NCBI GenBank assembly: GCA_963792415.1
Contig: CAWBVY010000004.1
Coordinates: forward strand, 608,001 to 672,000
Origin: Candidatus Deferrimicrobiaceae bacterium
Lineage (GTDB): Bacteria > Desulfobacterota > Deferrimicrobia > Deferrimicrobiales > Deferrimicrobiaceae
Reading direction: 5' to 3'
Length of the DNA: 64,000 nucleotides
Shown here: piece by piece, positions 17,607 through 29,040 of the stretch
Layout of the letters: every line of letters begins with the position of its first letter
Numbering within the stretch: the first letter of the stretch is position 1
Notes under the pieces: model-generated
What the model was told of the DNA's origin: nothing
Database searches by the model: none
What the model saw: only the letters and a program-made list of their open reading frames with translations
Made by a program: the position numbers and the translations under genes

Positions 17607-20018
17607 ATGAGAAAACTGATTACCCTGTTGGCTGTGTTAACCCTCGCTATGCCGTTGATGTTCCTAGGTTGCAGCGGGGACGACGGTTCGACCGGCGCCA
17701 CCGGCCCCCCCGGCGCCCCCGGCGACCCCGGACCTCCGGGACCCGGCGTGGTGACGGAAGAGACATGCAACCTCTGCCACGGTTCGGGCAAGGCGGAAGC
17801 GGTCGCCGGAGTGCACCGCATCGGCGAGACCGCCGGTCCATCGCGGTCACCATCACCTCCGTCGATTTCGGCGCCGTGACCGTCGACAACACCGTCCCGG
17901 TCACCGTGAATTTCACCTTTGGGGCGACCAACAGCGCAGGGGCTGACGTCACCGGCGACATCGACCTGACCACGCTTTCCACCTCCGGCAGCAGCGCCGG
18001 GAATCTCGCGTACTTGCGGTTCTCCCTCGCCCAGTTGATCCGCCGGTACGAACGGCGACGCCGACACGTGGGCAGGTTTCGTCGTGAGGCCGGGAGCCAC
18101 CGGCAGCGGTCCCTATTACGCGTTCGACCCGACGGGATGGTGGGAACGGCCACCGGCGATTTCTCCTACACCTTCCCGGACAACGCCGTGCGGCTTTCCG
18201 ACGGGTACCTGGACAACGTGGTCACGCGGGCCGCGATCCAGGTTTCCGGCATACCGATCACCACGTTCACGTCCGACCCGTACTTCAACACGAGCCTGAG
18301 AAGGCCGGTGGCGAACGCCGTGCACGACGTGGTGTCCGGGTCGGCGGCGGACCGGATGGCGCCAGACCGCGGCGTATCCGAAGAAGAACGACGTCAGCAC
18401 CGCATCCAGCACCGTATCCTGCAACAAGTGCCACGATCCGCTGGGGATCCACGGCGGCAGCCGCCGCGATTACAAGTTCTGCGTGGTCTGCCACAACGCC
18501 AAGACCGAAGCCGTTTATGCAAACGTTGACCTGGTAAAACTGGTCCACAAGATCCACTCGGCCAGGACCTCGGCGACCTCGGCGATTACAGCGAAGTGGG
18601 CTATCCCCAGGCCATCAACAACTGCCTGACGTGCCACAGCGGCCCCGACGCCGACAATACCTACGACAACTGGAAGACCCGTCCGACCATCGAGGCGTGC
18701 GGCGCCTGCCACACGAACGTCGACTTCGCGACCGGCACCGGGCATCTGGGCGCAAGCCACCAACGCCGGCTGCGCGGGATGCCATCCTCCCACGGCCAGG
18801 GATCGGTGGATGTTACCAATGTGCACGCCGCCAAGGAGGGCGCGCCTCCCACGCCGAACAACCCGGTGCTCGCCGCCGACCTGAAAATCGTTGAGTACTG
18901 CGATCAACAGCGTGACGGTCGACAACACCAACGCGGCGATCATCAAGTTCAACATCAAGATCGACAACGTGGTCGCGAACCTGGGCGCCACAGGCGACAA
19001 CGCCGCCCGGCCCACCGGCTTCACCGGCGGCCCGAGCTTCCTGTTCGCCTACGCCCTGCCGCAGGACGGCGTGAGCGCACCTGCGGACTACAACAACCTC
19101 GGCCGGTCCGCGGGCCAGCCGCAGTCCGTCTCCATTATAAACTCAACAACCGGCGTCGGCCTGCCCATCACGGCGACCGACAACACGTGGACCACGGTGA
19201 AGGTCGCTAACGCGTTCCCGGCCGGCGCGAAGATGCGGGCGGTCGCGCTCCAGGGGTACTTCACCCAGACCAACGCCATCGGCACCGACAATGTGGCCCG
19301 GCACACCATCTCGGTCCAGAAGGCGGTCACCGGCGACGCCGTCCGCCGCACCGTGATCAAGGGCATCGGTTATAACGCCAGCGGCGTTGGTACCCCCACG
19401 GGCTGCCTCGAGTGCCACGAGGTCTTCGAGGGGCACGGCGGAAACCGCGTCAACGACGTCCAGGTCTGCGTGATGTGCCACAATCCCAACCTCACCACCA
19501 GCGGGCGCACCATCACGGCCGACCCGATCAACCCGGACATCGTGGCCCTCTTCGGGACCGATCCTCTTGCGTACCCCGAAGTGACCAACAACTTCAAGGA
19601 GCTGATCCACGGGCTCCACGCCAATGAGATGCGGGTCAACGAGTTCGTGGACATCCGCAACCGGCTGGACGGCATCCTCCTCCTCGGGAGCGAGGTTACC
19701 TATCCCGGCGACCTGAGCCACTGCACGAAGTGCCACGTCGGCACGACGTACCAGAACGTCCAGGTCCCCAACGGCCTGCTGACCACCGAGAAGATCACGA
19801 CGGGGAACGCGTCCGAAACCCTCGCCGAGATCACCGCGGCCCGTGCCAGCGTGCCGAACGCCACCGACCTCGTGAACACGCCGGCCGCTTCCGCGTGCGG
19901 CTACTGTCACGACACCCCGACCGCCGTGAGCCACTTCGGCCTGCAGGGGGGGAAGGTCAAGACGGATCGCGGTACTGCGACGTTGCCGCTTCCGGAACTG
20001 GCCCCGGTGACACCGTAA
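17607..20018 (+). pseudogene. OmcA/MtrC-like decaheme outer-surface lipoprotein cytochrome c, broken by at least 8 frameshifts (pseudogene or consensus errors)
   Basis: Lipobox FLGC plus collagen-like GxxGxx linker. Stitching frames gives CNLCH, CNKCH, CVVCH, CLTCH, CGACH, CAGCH, CLECH, CVMCH, CTKCH, CGYCH; also HGGSRR, VHKIH and NWKTRPTIEACGACH motifs. Confidence 0.8.
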
Positions 20019-20063
20019 GGGTGGAAGCACCGTTGTAAACGGCAGCACGCACAACGCACGGAG

Positions 20064-20094
20064 AGCCCGGCCCCGAAAGGGGCCGGGCTTTTTT
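20064..20094 (+). terminator. Intrinsic terminator
   Basis: AGCCCGGCCCC-GAAA-GGGGCCGGGCT followed by a T tract. Confidence 0.9.
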
Positions 20095-21661
20095 ATGCCG
20101 CCCGGCCGCCCCTGTGGCCCCCGCCTCTCCCCGCCGCAAGGACGATCCCCGCCGTCAGCCAGAGGACCGCGGGCACGAGCCGGAAACCGTATTCCTGGAA
20201 GAAGGTGGAAGGGGGCGCTTTCCTGTAGGGGATTTCGTAGAGGTGCGTCCACTCCTCGTGCAGCGGGGATTGCGCAAGGAGGGTCCCGTCCGCCCGCATC
20301 GCGGCGGAGATGCCGGTGTTGGTGGCCCGGACGACGGGGCGGCGGAACTCGATCCCCCGGGCCAGGGTCATGGACAGGTGCTGGTACGGTTCCGCCGTGG
20401 TCCCGAACCAGGAGTCGTTGGTGACGTTGAGGAAGACCTGCGCCCCCTGGTCCGCCAGTCCCCGCGAAAAGTCCGGGAACAGCCCCTCGTAGCAGATCTG
20501 CGGCCCCACCCGGATGCCGGCGATCCGCCGGGTCCCGGGCCCGGGCCCCCGGGCGAAATCCGCCGTGAACGGAAACCATTCCCTCAGAACGGGAAACCGT
20601 TCGGAAAACGGGAAATATTCCCCGAAAATCAGCAGGTGGACCTTGTCATAGGGTTTGTCCGCCACGCTGCCGTCCCGGTCCAGGAAAGACATGGAATTGG
20701 TCGGCTTCCCGCTGGCCGCGTCGCGCCCCAACGCGCCGGTGACCAGGGCGGTCCCTTGGGAACGGACGAAATTCGACAGTACCCCGGCATACCCCTCGTC
20801 CAGCCGGCCGGCAGCGAGCCGGTGGGGGAAAGCCGTTTCGGGCCACACCGCGAAATCCGGCGCACCTCCCTTCGCCTGCGCGACCCCCTGCCGGGTCAGG
20901 CGGAGGTACCTCCGGAGGATCTCCTCCCGGTACAATCCCCGGGTTTCCGCGTAGACCTTCTCCTCGTTCCCGATATTGCCCTGGACGACCAGGATCCTGG
21001 CCGTCGCATCCGGCGTCGGCTGTGCCTTCCCGGCGATCCATCCCGCCCCGTTGAGCAGGAGCAGAAGCCCCACCGTACCTCCCAGCAGAACCGCCCCCCT
21101 TCGCTCCTTCCGGTGCTCCCATGCCGAAAGGAGCGCCAGGTTCAGGAAGAGGGTGAGGGCGCCCAGTCCCTCGAACCCCACGAACTCCGCCAGCTGGAAC
21201 GCGGGGAGCCGGGCCCCCAGCCACGGGTACCCCAGGTTCCAGGGAAAGATCATGGGGACGTATCGCCAGCAGAGCGCGGTGACGCAGGGAAGAAGGAGCC
21301 GCTGGGCCGCCCTGGAGAGCCCCAGCCGGTTCCGCAGCAGGGCGAAGGCCAGCCCGGCGAGGACGAAAAACAGGTGGCCGAACGCGCAGAACAGGAGCAG
21401 GACGAGCAGCGCCGCCGGCCACGGCATGTGGCCGAATTCGTGGGCCGTGTGCGCCACCCAATGGAAGCCGACGAGGCAAAAAAGGAACTGGGCCAGCCAC
21501 CCCCCCCAGAGGATTTTCCGTACCGAGCTTTCCCGGAGCCAGAACAGCCACAGGGGCACGAAGCAAAAAAAGAGCGCCCAGGGCGGGAACGGAATATAGC
21601 TGGTCCCTATGAAAAGACCCGAGAGCAGAGGAAGCCTGTAGAGGGAAAGGCGGGATCGCAT
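20093..21661 (-). CDS. lnt: Apolipoprotein N-acyltransferase
   Basis: VQGNI, VWPETA, YDKVHLLIFGEYFP, ICYEG, NVTNDSWFG, RATNTGIS; alternative start GTG 21697. Confidence 0.92.
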   Translation of the reverse strand: MRSRLSLYRLPLLSGLFIGTSYIPFPPWALFFCFVPLWLFWLRESSVRKILWGGWLAQFLFCLVGFHWVAHTAHEFGHMPWPAALLVLLLFCAFGHLFFVLAGLAFALLRNRLGLSRAAQRLLLPCVTALCWRYVPMIFPWNLGYPWLGARLPAFQLAEFVGFEGLGALTLFLNLALLSAWEHRKERRGAVLLGGTVGLLLLLNGAGWIAGKAQPTPDATARILVVQGNIGNEEKVYAETRGLYREEILRRYLRLTRQGVAQAKGGAPDFAVWPETAFPHRLAAGRLDEGYAGVLSNFVRSQGTALVTGALGRDAASGKPTNSMSFLDRDGSVADKPYDKVHLLIFGEYFPFSERFPVLREWFPFTADFARGPGPGTRRIAGIRVGPQICYEGLFPDFSRGLADQGAQVFLNVTNDSWFGTTAEPYQHLSMTLARGIEFRRPVVRATNTGISAAMRADGTLLAQSPLHEEWTHLYEIPYRKAPPSTFFQEYGFRLVPAVLWLTAGIVLAAGRGGGHRGGRAA

Positions 21662-21830
21662 TTTCGACAAGATACCGCGAACCGCTCCTTCCGTCACGGG
21701 TCAATCGGATCCAGGGTGGGCAGGGCAGGAAGGACACGGACGAGCGGACCTCGTTCTTGCCGCCGAAGTTCCCGGGACCTGCGGCCGATAAAGAAACCGG
21801 TAGGGAAGAATCCGTCCGCAGAGGTGGCGA

Positions 21831-22010
21831 GTGGGCAGGGACGACTGGAAGTACGACGAGGACGCGTGGGACGAGATGGAGAACGAGGGGGTGAAGGCCG
21901 TTTCCTCTCCGGAGAAGCAGTGCCTCAATTGTCTCCACTGGGTCGACCGGGAGGCGGCCTACTGCCCCTGGTGCGGGAAGCCGCTCGGGGAGAAGGGCCG
22001 GAAGCGGTGA
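21831..22010 (+). CDS. 59-aa zinc-ribbon protein (not in the ORF track)
   Basis: GAGGT SD, GTG start; MGRDDWKYDEDAWDEMENEGVKAVSSPEKQCLNCLHWVDREAAYCPWCGKPLGEKGRKR; GC-rich third codon positions. Confidence 0.72.
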   Translation: MGRDDWKYDEDAWDEMENEGVKAVSSPEKQCLNCLHWVDREAAYCPWCGKPLGEKGRKR

Positions 22011-22147
22011 TCCCGGCGGGAACCTGTAGCCGGAAGGGAAAGTATTGACAAACGTCCGGAAGGATTGATAGGTTCACGGTTGCTGCGAATTCCGGGCGGT
22101 CGAATGTCCGGATTCGACAGCGGAATCCAGCAAGGAGGTACAAGGAA

Positions 22148-22348
22148 GTGGCACAAGGAACGGTGAAGTGGTTCAACGACGCGAAGGGGTACGGGTTCAT
22201 CGCACAGGAGGGCGGTCCGGACGTGTTCGTGCATTTCAGCGCGATCAAGATGGACGGCTTCCGCTCCCTCAAGGAGGGCGAGCGCGTCGAGTTCGAGATC
22301 ACCGAAGGCCCCAAGGGCCCGCAGGCCGCCAACGTCACCAAGCCGTAA
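22148..22348 (+). CDS. csp: Cold-shock protein
   Basis: [34 protein letters not shown]. Confidence 0.97.
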   Translation: MAQGTVKWFNDAKGYGFIAQEGGPDVFVHFSAIKMDGFRSLKEGERVEFEITEGPKGPQAANVTKP

Positions 22349-22392
22349 CCAGGGCGGGGAACCCAGGGGCACGACGAAACCCCTGCAAACCG

Positions 22393-22428
22393 AAGCCCCC
22401 GGCGGGAAACCGCCGGGGGCTTTTTTTT
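22393..22428 (+). terminator. Intrinsic terminator
   Basis: AAGCCCCCGGCGG-GAAA-CCGCCGGGGGCTTTTTTTT. Confidence 0.92.
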
Positions 22429-22455
22429 ATGTCCGCTCGCCCGGTCGGGCGAAAG

Positions 22456-22812
22456 TTACCTGGCCGGGGGCGTGCCTGGCACCGCGGGGACGCCGGCGGG
22501 GGCGGCGGGCATGCCCGCCGGCGGGGCCGGCATCGTCTGGGCCGGAGGGGCGGCGCCGCTCTTCATGATGCTGCCGGAGGGCCCCCTGCCGGAGAAGTAG
22601 GCGAGGAACAGGGACGTGAGCATGAAGACGATCGCCGCCCCCGCCGTCAACTTGCTCAGGAAGCTGGTCGGCCCGGTCGAGCCGAACAGGGTCTGCGACG
22701 AGCCGCCGCCGAAGACCGCCCCGATGTCGGACCCCTTTCCCGTCTGCAGCAGGATGACGAGGATCAACGCGACGGATACGATCACGTGCAGGATGACGAT
22801 CAGCGTGTGCAT
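22456..22812 (-). CDS. secG: Preprotein translocase subunit SecG
   Basis: ILLQTGKGSDIGAVFGGGSSQTLFGS; follows tpiA. Confidence 0.95.
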   Translation of the reverse strand: MHTLIVILHVIVSVALILVILLQTGKGSDIGAVFGGGSSQTLFGSTGPTSFLSKLTAGAAIVFMLTSLFLAYFSGRGPSGSIMKSGAAPPAQTMPAPPAGMPAAPAGVPAVPGTPPAR

Positions 22813-22843
22813 GGTTCGTGGTTTCCTTCTTCGGTGTCAGGTA

Positions 22844-23593
22844 TTAGTGGAACGTCACGATCTTCGCGAACGACTCGGGGGAGAGGCTCGCGCCTCCCAC
22901 CAGCGCGCCGTCGATGTCTTCGTTCGCCATCAGCGCGGCGATGTTGTCCGGCTTCACGGAGCCGCCGTAGAGGATCCGGACGGAACCGGCGGCGCCCCCC
23001 CACAGATCCTTCAACCGTCCCCGCAGGAAGGCGTGGACCTCCTGCGCCTGGGCCGGGGTCGCCGTCTTCCCGGTTCCGATGGCCCACACGGGTTCGTAGG
23101 CCACGATGACGCGCTTCGCTGCGGCGGCGGGGATCTCCTTCGATCCTCCGGCGAGCTGCCGCCCGACCACGTCGAACGTCTTCCCGCCCTCGCGCTCCGG
23201 GTCCGTTTCCCCCACGCAAAGGATGGGGGTGAGCCCGGCGGCGAGCGTGGCGAGGACCTTCCGGTTCGCCGCGTCGTCCGTTTCCGCGAAATATTGCCGC
23301 CGCTCGGAGTGGCCGATGATGCAGTGGGTCGCACCGGCCTCCCTCAGCATCCGGGTCGACACCTCGCCGGTGAACGCACCCTCGTCCGCGAAGTGGACGT
23401 TCTGGGACGCCACCCCGATGCCGCTCCCCCGGACGAGCTGCGCCACCGCCCCGATCGACGGGTACGGCGGTGCGAGGACGATCTCGACACCCCGGACGCC
23501 CGACACCAGCGGCAGGAAGGCCTGGACGAAGGCCGCGGCTTCCGCCGCGGTCTTGTACATCTTCCAGTTGCCGGCGATGACCGGGACGCGCAC
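22844..23593 (-). CDS. tpiA: Triosephosphate isomerase
   Basis: AGNWKMY, GHSERR, AYEPVWAIGTG, YGGSVK, LVGGASL. Confidence 0.97.
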   Translation of the reverse strand: MRVPVIAGNWKMYKTAAEAAAFVQAFLPLVSGVRGVEIVLAPPYPSIGAVAQLVRGSGIGVASQNVHFADEGAFTGEVSTRMLREAGATHCIIGHSERRQYFAETDDAANRKVLATLAAGLTPILCVGETDPEREGGKTFDVVGRQLAGGSKEIPAAAAKRVIVAYEPVWAIGTGKTATPAQAQEVHAFLRGRLKDLWGGAAGSVRILYGGSVKPDNIAALMANEDIDGALVGGASLSPESFAKIVTFH

Positions 23594-23597
23594 CGCG

Positions 23598-24800
<1,203 letters not shown>

Positions 24801-25370
24801 TCAATTGAAGCCGATACCCTTCCGGCGGAGGATGTCCATGGGATCGATCGTCCCGGTCCGGGAGAAGGGGACGCGGACCACGCCGACGACCGGGGCGACC
24901 ACGCCCACCGAGCCGTTGAACTCGTAGGTGACCGCGCGGGCGTCGAGCACCTCGCGCAGCGCGTCGGCGAAGACGTCGGTCTGCAGCCGGACGGGAACCT
25001 TGACCACCGTTTCCCCGGAGGGCTCGATGCGCACCTCCTCGGTCCGCTCCCCGTAGGCGAGCCGCCGGGTTCCCACCGTCGCGGAGTAGGCGACGCTGGC
25101 CACCGTCAGGGCGTAGGAGTTCGGGTTTTTCACCGCGAGATACAGAACTACCTCGGACGGGCCCCGGGACTGGAAGGGGTTGCCGGCGACCCCGATGTCG
25201 ACGACCCGCACCTTCGGGGCCTCGAAGACCTCTTTCAGGAGGGGGCGGCACGAGGAGACGGGCAGGCACGACGCTCCGACCAGCAGCAGGAGGACCCACC
25301 GCTTGACGATCCGCATCTTCGACGTCCGTGTCGATCCGTCCCTGCCGGAACGGTCCCTGCCCGCGCGCAT
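24801..25370 (-). CDS. LEA type 2 (WHy domain) probable lipoprotein; start 25370 or 25316
   Basis: Signal peptide ending in Cys; PKVRVVDI, VKNPNSYALTV, IEPSGETVVKVPV. Confidence 0.75.
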   Translation of the reverse strand: MRAGRDRSGRDGSTRTSKMRIVKRWVLLLLVGASCLPVSSCRPLLKEVFEAPKVRVVDIGVAGNPFQSRGPSEVVLYLAVKNPNSYALTVASVAYSATVGTRRLAYGERTEEVRIEPSGETVVKVPVRLQTDVFADALREVLDARAVTYEFNGSVGVVAPVVGVVRVPFSRTGTIDPMDILRRKGIGFN

Positions 25371-26904
25371 AGCGACGATTATAGGCGTTCCGACCGAGGA
25401 GGTGCACCGGTTTTCCGTCGTCCGGCGCGGGTACGACGCCCGCCGGAAGGGCGACGTGCGCCGCGTCTACACGGTGGAGTGCTCTCTCGGCTCCCCCGCG
25501 GCCGAGGAGGCGGCGTGCTCCCGGGTCCCCGGCGCGAAGCGGTACGAACCGCCCCCGGATCCGTTCCCGGCCTCCCCGGTGCGCCGGCCGGACCTTCCTC
25601 CGGTCGTCGTGGGGGCCGGCCCGGCCGGGCTGTTCGCCGCCCTGACATTGGCGCGGTTCGGCGCCCCCCCCGTCGTGCTGGAGCGCGGCCGGCCGGTGGA
25701 GGAGCGGGCCGGGGACGTCGCCCGGTTCTGGCGCGACGGGACGCTCGACCCGGAGAGCAACGCCCAGTTCGGGGAGGGGGGCGCGGGTACGTTTTCGGAC
25801 GGGAAGCTCACCACCCGGATCGGGGACCCCCTCGTGGACCACGTCGTGTCGACGTTCGCGGAGTTCGCGGGGATCCCGGGACTCGTCAAGGACGCGAAGC
25901 CGCACGTCGGGACCGACCGGCTCCGGCACTTCTGCCGTCGGATGCGCGCGGAACTCGTCTCTCTCGGCGCCACGGTCCGGTTCGGCGCCCGGGTCGAGGA
26001 GTTGTCGGTGTCGGAAGGGGAGGTGCGCGGGGTTCGCCTGGACGGGGGCGAGGAGGTGCGGTCCGCGGTCGTCCTCCTGGCGACGGGCCACTCGGCGCGG
26101 GACACGGTGCGGCGGCTCTTCGCGCAAGGCGTCGGGATGTCGGGGAAGGCGATCGCCGTCGGGTTCCGGGTGGAGCATCCCCAGGCGATGATCGACCGGA
26201 TCCAGTACGGGTCGATGGCGGGGAAAGGCCTTCCCCCCGCTTCCTACCGTCTTGCGGCGCGCGCCCCCTCGGGCCGCGGGGTCTACTCCTTCTGCATGTG
26301 CCCCGGCGGGGAGGTGATGAACGCGGCCTCCGGGGAGGGGCAGTCGCCCGTGAACGGGATGAGCGTCCGCGCCCGCAACTCCGGGTTCGGGAACAGCGGG
26401 ATCGTGGCGTCGATCGCGCCCGCGGAGTTCGGGGCCGCGGGGCCGCGGGAGGGCGGGCCCCTGGCGGGGATCGGTTTCCAGGAGGAGATCGAACGCCGGG
26501 CGTTCGATCGGGGCGGCGGCGGGTACGGCGTGCCGGCCGCGAACCTGCTCGCCTTCGTCCGGGGGAAAGCGCTCCCGCCGTCCCCCGGACGTCTCCTCGC
26601 CCCGCGGGTCGTCCCGGACGACCTGCGCGGCATCCTGCCGGCCGCGGTGGAGGAGGACCTCCGCTTCGGGCTGCTCCGGTTCGGGGGGGCGATGCGGGGG
26701 TTCCTCACCCGCGAAGCGACGCTGTACGCCGTCGAGTCCCGGACCTCCTCCCCCGTCCGGATCGAGCGGGTGAATTACGAGTCGGTGACGCACAAAGGGT
26801 TGTATCCTGTCGGGGAGGGCGCGGGGCATGCCGGCGGGATCGTCTCCTCCGCCGTGGACGGGATCCGCGCCGCCCTCCGCATCCTCGAAACCTATTCCTC
26901 GTAG
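25303..26904 (+). CDS. FAD-dependent oxidoreductase (NAD(P)/FAD-dependent dehydrogenase-like)
   Basis: AGGAGG SD, TTG start; VVGAGPAGLF, FGEGGAGTFSDGKL, FCMCPGG, GEGAGHAGGIVSSAVDG. Confidence 0.88.
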   Translation: MTIRIFDVRVDPSLPERSLPARIATIIGVPTEEVHRFSVVRRGYDARRKGDVRRVYTVECSLGSPAAEEAACSRVPGAKRYEPPPDPFPASPVRRPDLPPVVVGAGPAGLFAALTLARFGAPPVVLERGRPVEERAGDVARFWRDGTLDPESNAQFGEGGAGTFSDGKLTTRIGDPLVDHVVSTFAEFAGIPGLVKDAKPHVGTDRLRHFCRRMRAELVSLGATVRFGARVEELSVSEGEVRGVRLDGGEEVRSAVVLLATGHSARDTVRRLFAQGVGMSGKAIAVGFRVEHPQAMIDRIQYGSMAGKGLPPASYRLAARAPSGRGVYSFCMCPGGEVMNAASGEGQSPVNGMSVRARNSGFGNSGIVASIAPAEFGAAGPREGGPLAGIGFQEEIERRAFDRGGGGYGVPAANLLAFVRGKALPPSPGRLLAPRVVPDDLRGILPAAVEEDLRFGLLRFGGAMRGFLTREATLYAVESRTSSPVRIERVNYESVTHKGLYPVGEGAGHAGGIVSSAVDGIRAALRILETYSS

Positions 26905-26919
26905 AAAGCGGGAGTGCCG

Positions 26920-27888
26920 ATGCAGAAGACGCGTTTCGTGAAGGATCTCAAGGAGGGGGAGCCGGTCCGCGACCTGTTCCTCGTCGCGAACAAGGCGCTG
27001 CTGACCAGCAACGCCGGGAAGCCGTACCTGACCCTGCAGCTGCGCGACCGGACGGGGCAGATCGAGGCGAGGGTGTGGGACCGCGCCGAGGAGATCGGGA
27101 AGCGGTTCGACCGGGACGACGTGGTCGAGGTGGGCGGAACCGCCATCGCCTACCAGGGGCGCGTCCAGCTGAAGGTCCACGACGTGCGGAAGGAAGAGGG
27201 GGGGACGAAGGACCTTTCCGAGTACCTGCCGGTCACGAAGAAGGGGATCGAGCCGCTCTGGAAGACGCTCCAGGAGTACATCGGCGGTGTTAAGGACAAG
27301 GACCTGGCCCGGCTCCTCGCGGCCGTCTTCCCGGACCCGCCGGAAACGGACGTGGCGCGCCGCTTCCGCCAGGCCCCGGGCGGGAAGACGATGCACCACG
27401 ACTACATCGGGGGGCTGCTGGAGCACACGGTCTCCGTCGCGGCGATCTGCCGCATGCTGTCGGCCCACTACGAAGGGGTGGAAGCCGACCTGCTCCTCGC
27501 CGGGGCGCTGCTGCACGACGTCGGGAAGGTGCACGAGCTTTCCTACGAGGGGGCGTTCGACTACACGGACGAGGGGCGCCTGCTGGGGCACCTCTACATG
27601 GGGGCGGAGTACGTGAGCCGCGTCTGCGCCGCCCTCCCCGGCTTTCCGCCGGAGAAGGCGATGCTGCTGAAGCACATCATCCTGTCCCACCACGGGGAGC
27701 TCGAGTACGGTTCCCCCAAGCGGCCCAAGACGCTGGAGGCGATCCTGCTCCATCACGTTGAGAACATGGACGCCAAGGCGACCGCGTTCGGCGACGCGAT
27801 CGCGGAGCTGCGCGAGGGGGCCCGCTGGACCGACTACCAGAGGATGTTCGAACGGTACCTCTTCTCCGGGAAGTTCCCGAAGGAGTAA
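26920..27888 (+). CDS. yhaM: YhaM-like 3'-5' exoribonuclease (OB fold plus HD domain)
   Basis: GKPYLTLQLRDRTG, MHHDYIGGLLEHT, LLHDVGK, SHHGELEYGSP. Confidence 0.88.
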   Translation: MQKTRFVKDLKEGEPVRDLFLVANKALLTSNAGKPYLTLQLRDRTGQIEARVWDRAEEIGKRFDRDDVVEVGGTAIAYQGRVQLKVHDVRKEEGGTKDLSEYLPVTKKGIEPLWKTLQEYIGGVKDKDLARLLAAVFPDPPETDVARRFRQAPGGKTMHHDYIGGLLEHTVSVAAICRMLSAHYEGVEADLLLAGALLHDVGKVHELSYEGAFDYTDEGRLLGHLYMGAEYVSRVCAALPGFPPEKAMLLKHIILSHHGELEYGSPKRPKTLEAILLHHVENMDAKATAFGDAIAELREGARWTDYQRMFERYLFSGKFPKE

Positions 27889-27894
27889 CCGCCG

Positions 27895-29040
27895 ATGGAG
27901 GATTGGAAGGCTTTTCTCGAGGAGCGGGAGCGGCGGCAGCTGCTGCGGCGGCTCGTCCCGTCGTCCGGGCGCGCCCCCGCCCTCGCGGTGCGGGACGGCC
28001 GGGAATACGTCGACTTCTCCTCCAACGACTACCTCGGGCTGTCGTCCCACCCCGCGCTGGTCGCGGCGGCCCGGGAGGCGCTCGACCGCTTCGGCGTCGG
28101 GTCCGGGGCGTCCCGCCTGATGAGCGGGGACCTGGCGATCCACCACGAGCTCGAGGACACCGTCGCGGTGTTCAAGGGGTGCGAGGCGGCCCTGGTATTC
28201 AACTCCGGCTACCAGGCGAACACGGGGATCCTCCCCGCCCTGTTCGGGCGCCGGGACGCCGTTTTCGCCGACCAGCTCTGCCATGCCAGCCAGCTGGACG
28301 GCGCGCTCCTGTCGCGCGCCAGGCTCGTGCGCTTCCGGCACAACGACCCGGAGCACCTCGAACGGATGCTCGTGAAGCACCGCGGGGCGTTCGGGAGGGC
28401 ACTGGTGATGACGGAGAGCGTCTTCAGCATGGACGGGGATCTCGCCCCCCTCTCCGCCCTCCTCGCCGCAAGCCGCCGGCACCGTTGCCTCCTGATGGTG
28501 GACGAAGCCCACGCCACGGGCGTGTTCGGCCCGCAGGGGCGCGGGTGCGTCGAGGCTTCGGGGCTCGCCGGGCAGGTGGACCTCGTGATGGGGACGTTCA
28601 GCAAGGCGCTGGGCGGGTTCGGGGCGTATCTCGCGGCGTCGCGGACGGTGATCGACACCCTGGTCAACACGGCCCGCAGCTTCATCTACTCCACCGCGCT
28701 TCCGCCTCCGGTGATCGCCGCCGATCTCGCCGCCCTCCGGCTCTGCCTGGGCGGGGAGACGCGCGGGGAGGAGCTTCTGCGACGGGCCGGCGCGTTCCGG
28801 GGCGCGCTGCGCGGGAAGGGGTGGACCGTCGGCGGGGAGAGCCAGATCGTCCCCGTCGTCGTGGGGGAGAGCGCGCTTGCCGTCTCCCTCTCGAAAACGC
28901 TCGCGGACCAGGGATTCCTCGCGCTGCCGGTGCGCCCGCCCACGGTCCCCGAAGGGTCGGCCCGGCTACGCTTCTCCCTGACCGCCGCGCACACCGATCT
29001 TCAGGTCGCCGCCGTCGTGGAGGCCCTCGGTGCCGCCTGA
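27895..29040 (+). CDS. bioF: 8-amino-7-oxononanoate synthase
   Basis: FSSNDYLGL, GSGASRL, ESVFSMDGD, VDEAHATG, GTFSKALG, RPPTVP. Confidence 0.95.
   Translation: MEDWKAFLEERERRQLLRRLVPSSGRAPALAVRDGREYVDFSSNDYLGLSSHPALVAAAREALDRFGVGSGASRLMSGDLAIHHELEDTVAVFKGCEAALVFNSGYQANTGILPALFGRRDAVFADQLCHASQLDGALLSRARLVRFRHNDPEHLERMLVKHRGAFGRALVMTESVFSMDGDLAPLSALLAASRRHRCLLMVDEAHATGVFGPQGRGCVEASGLAGQVDLVMGTFSKALGGFGAYLAASRTVIDTLVNTARSFIYSTALPPPVIAADLAALRLCLGGETRGEELLRRAGAFRGALRGKGWTVGGESQIVPVVVGESALAVSLSKTLADQGFLALPVRPPTVPEGSARLRFSLTAAHTDLQVAAVVEALGAA

Noticed and set aside
21701-21928. 75-aa minus-strand ORF
   Set aside because: Partly antisense to the better-supported zinc-ribbon gene on the plus strand; no motifs.
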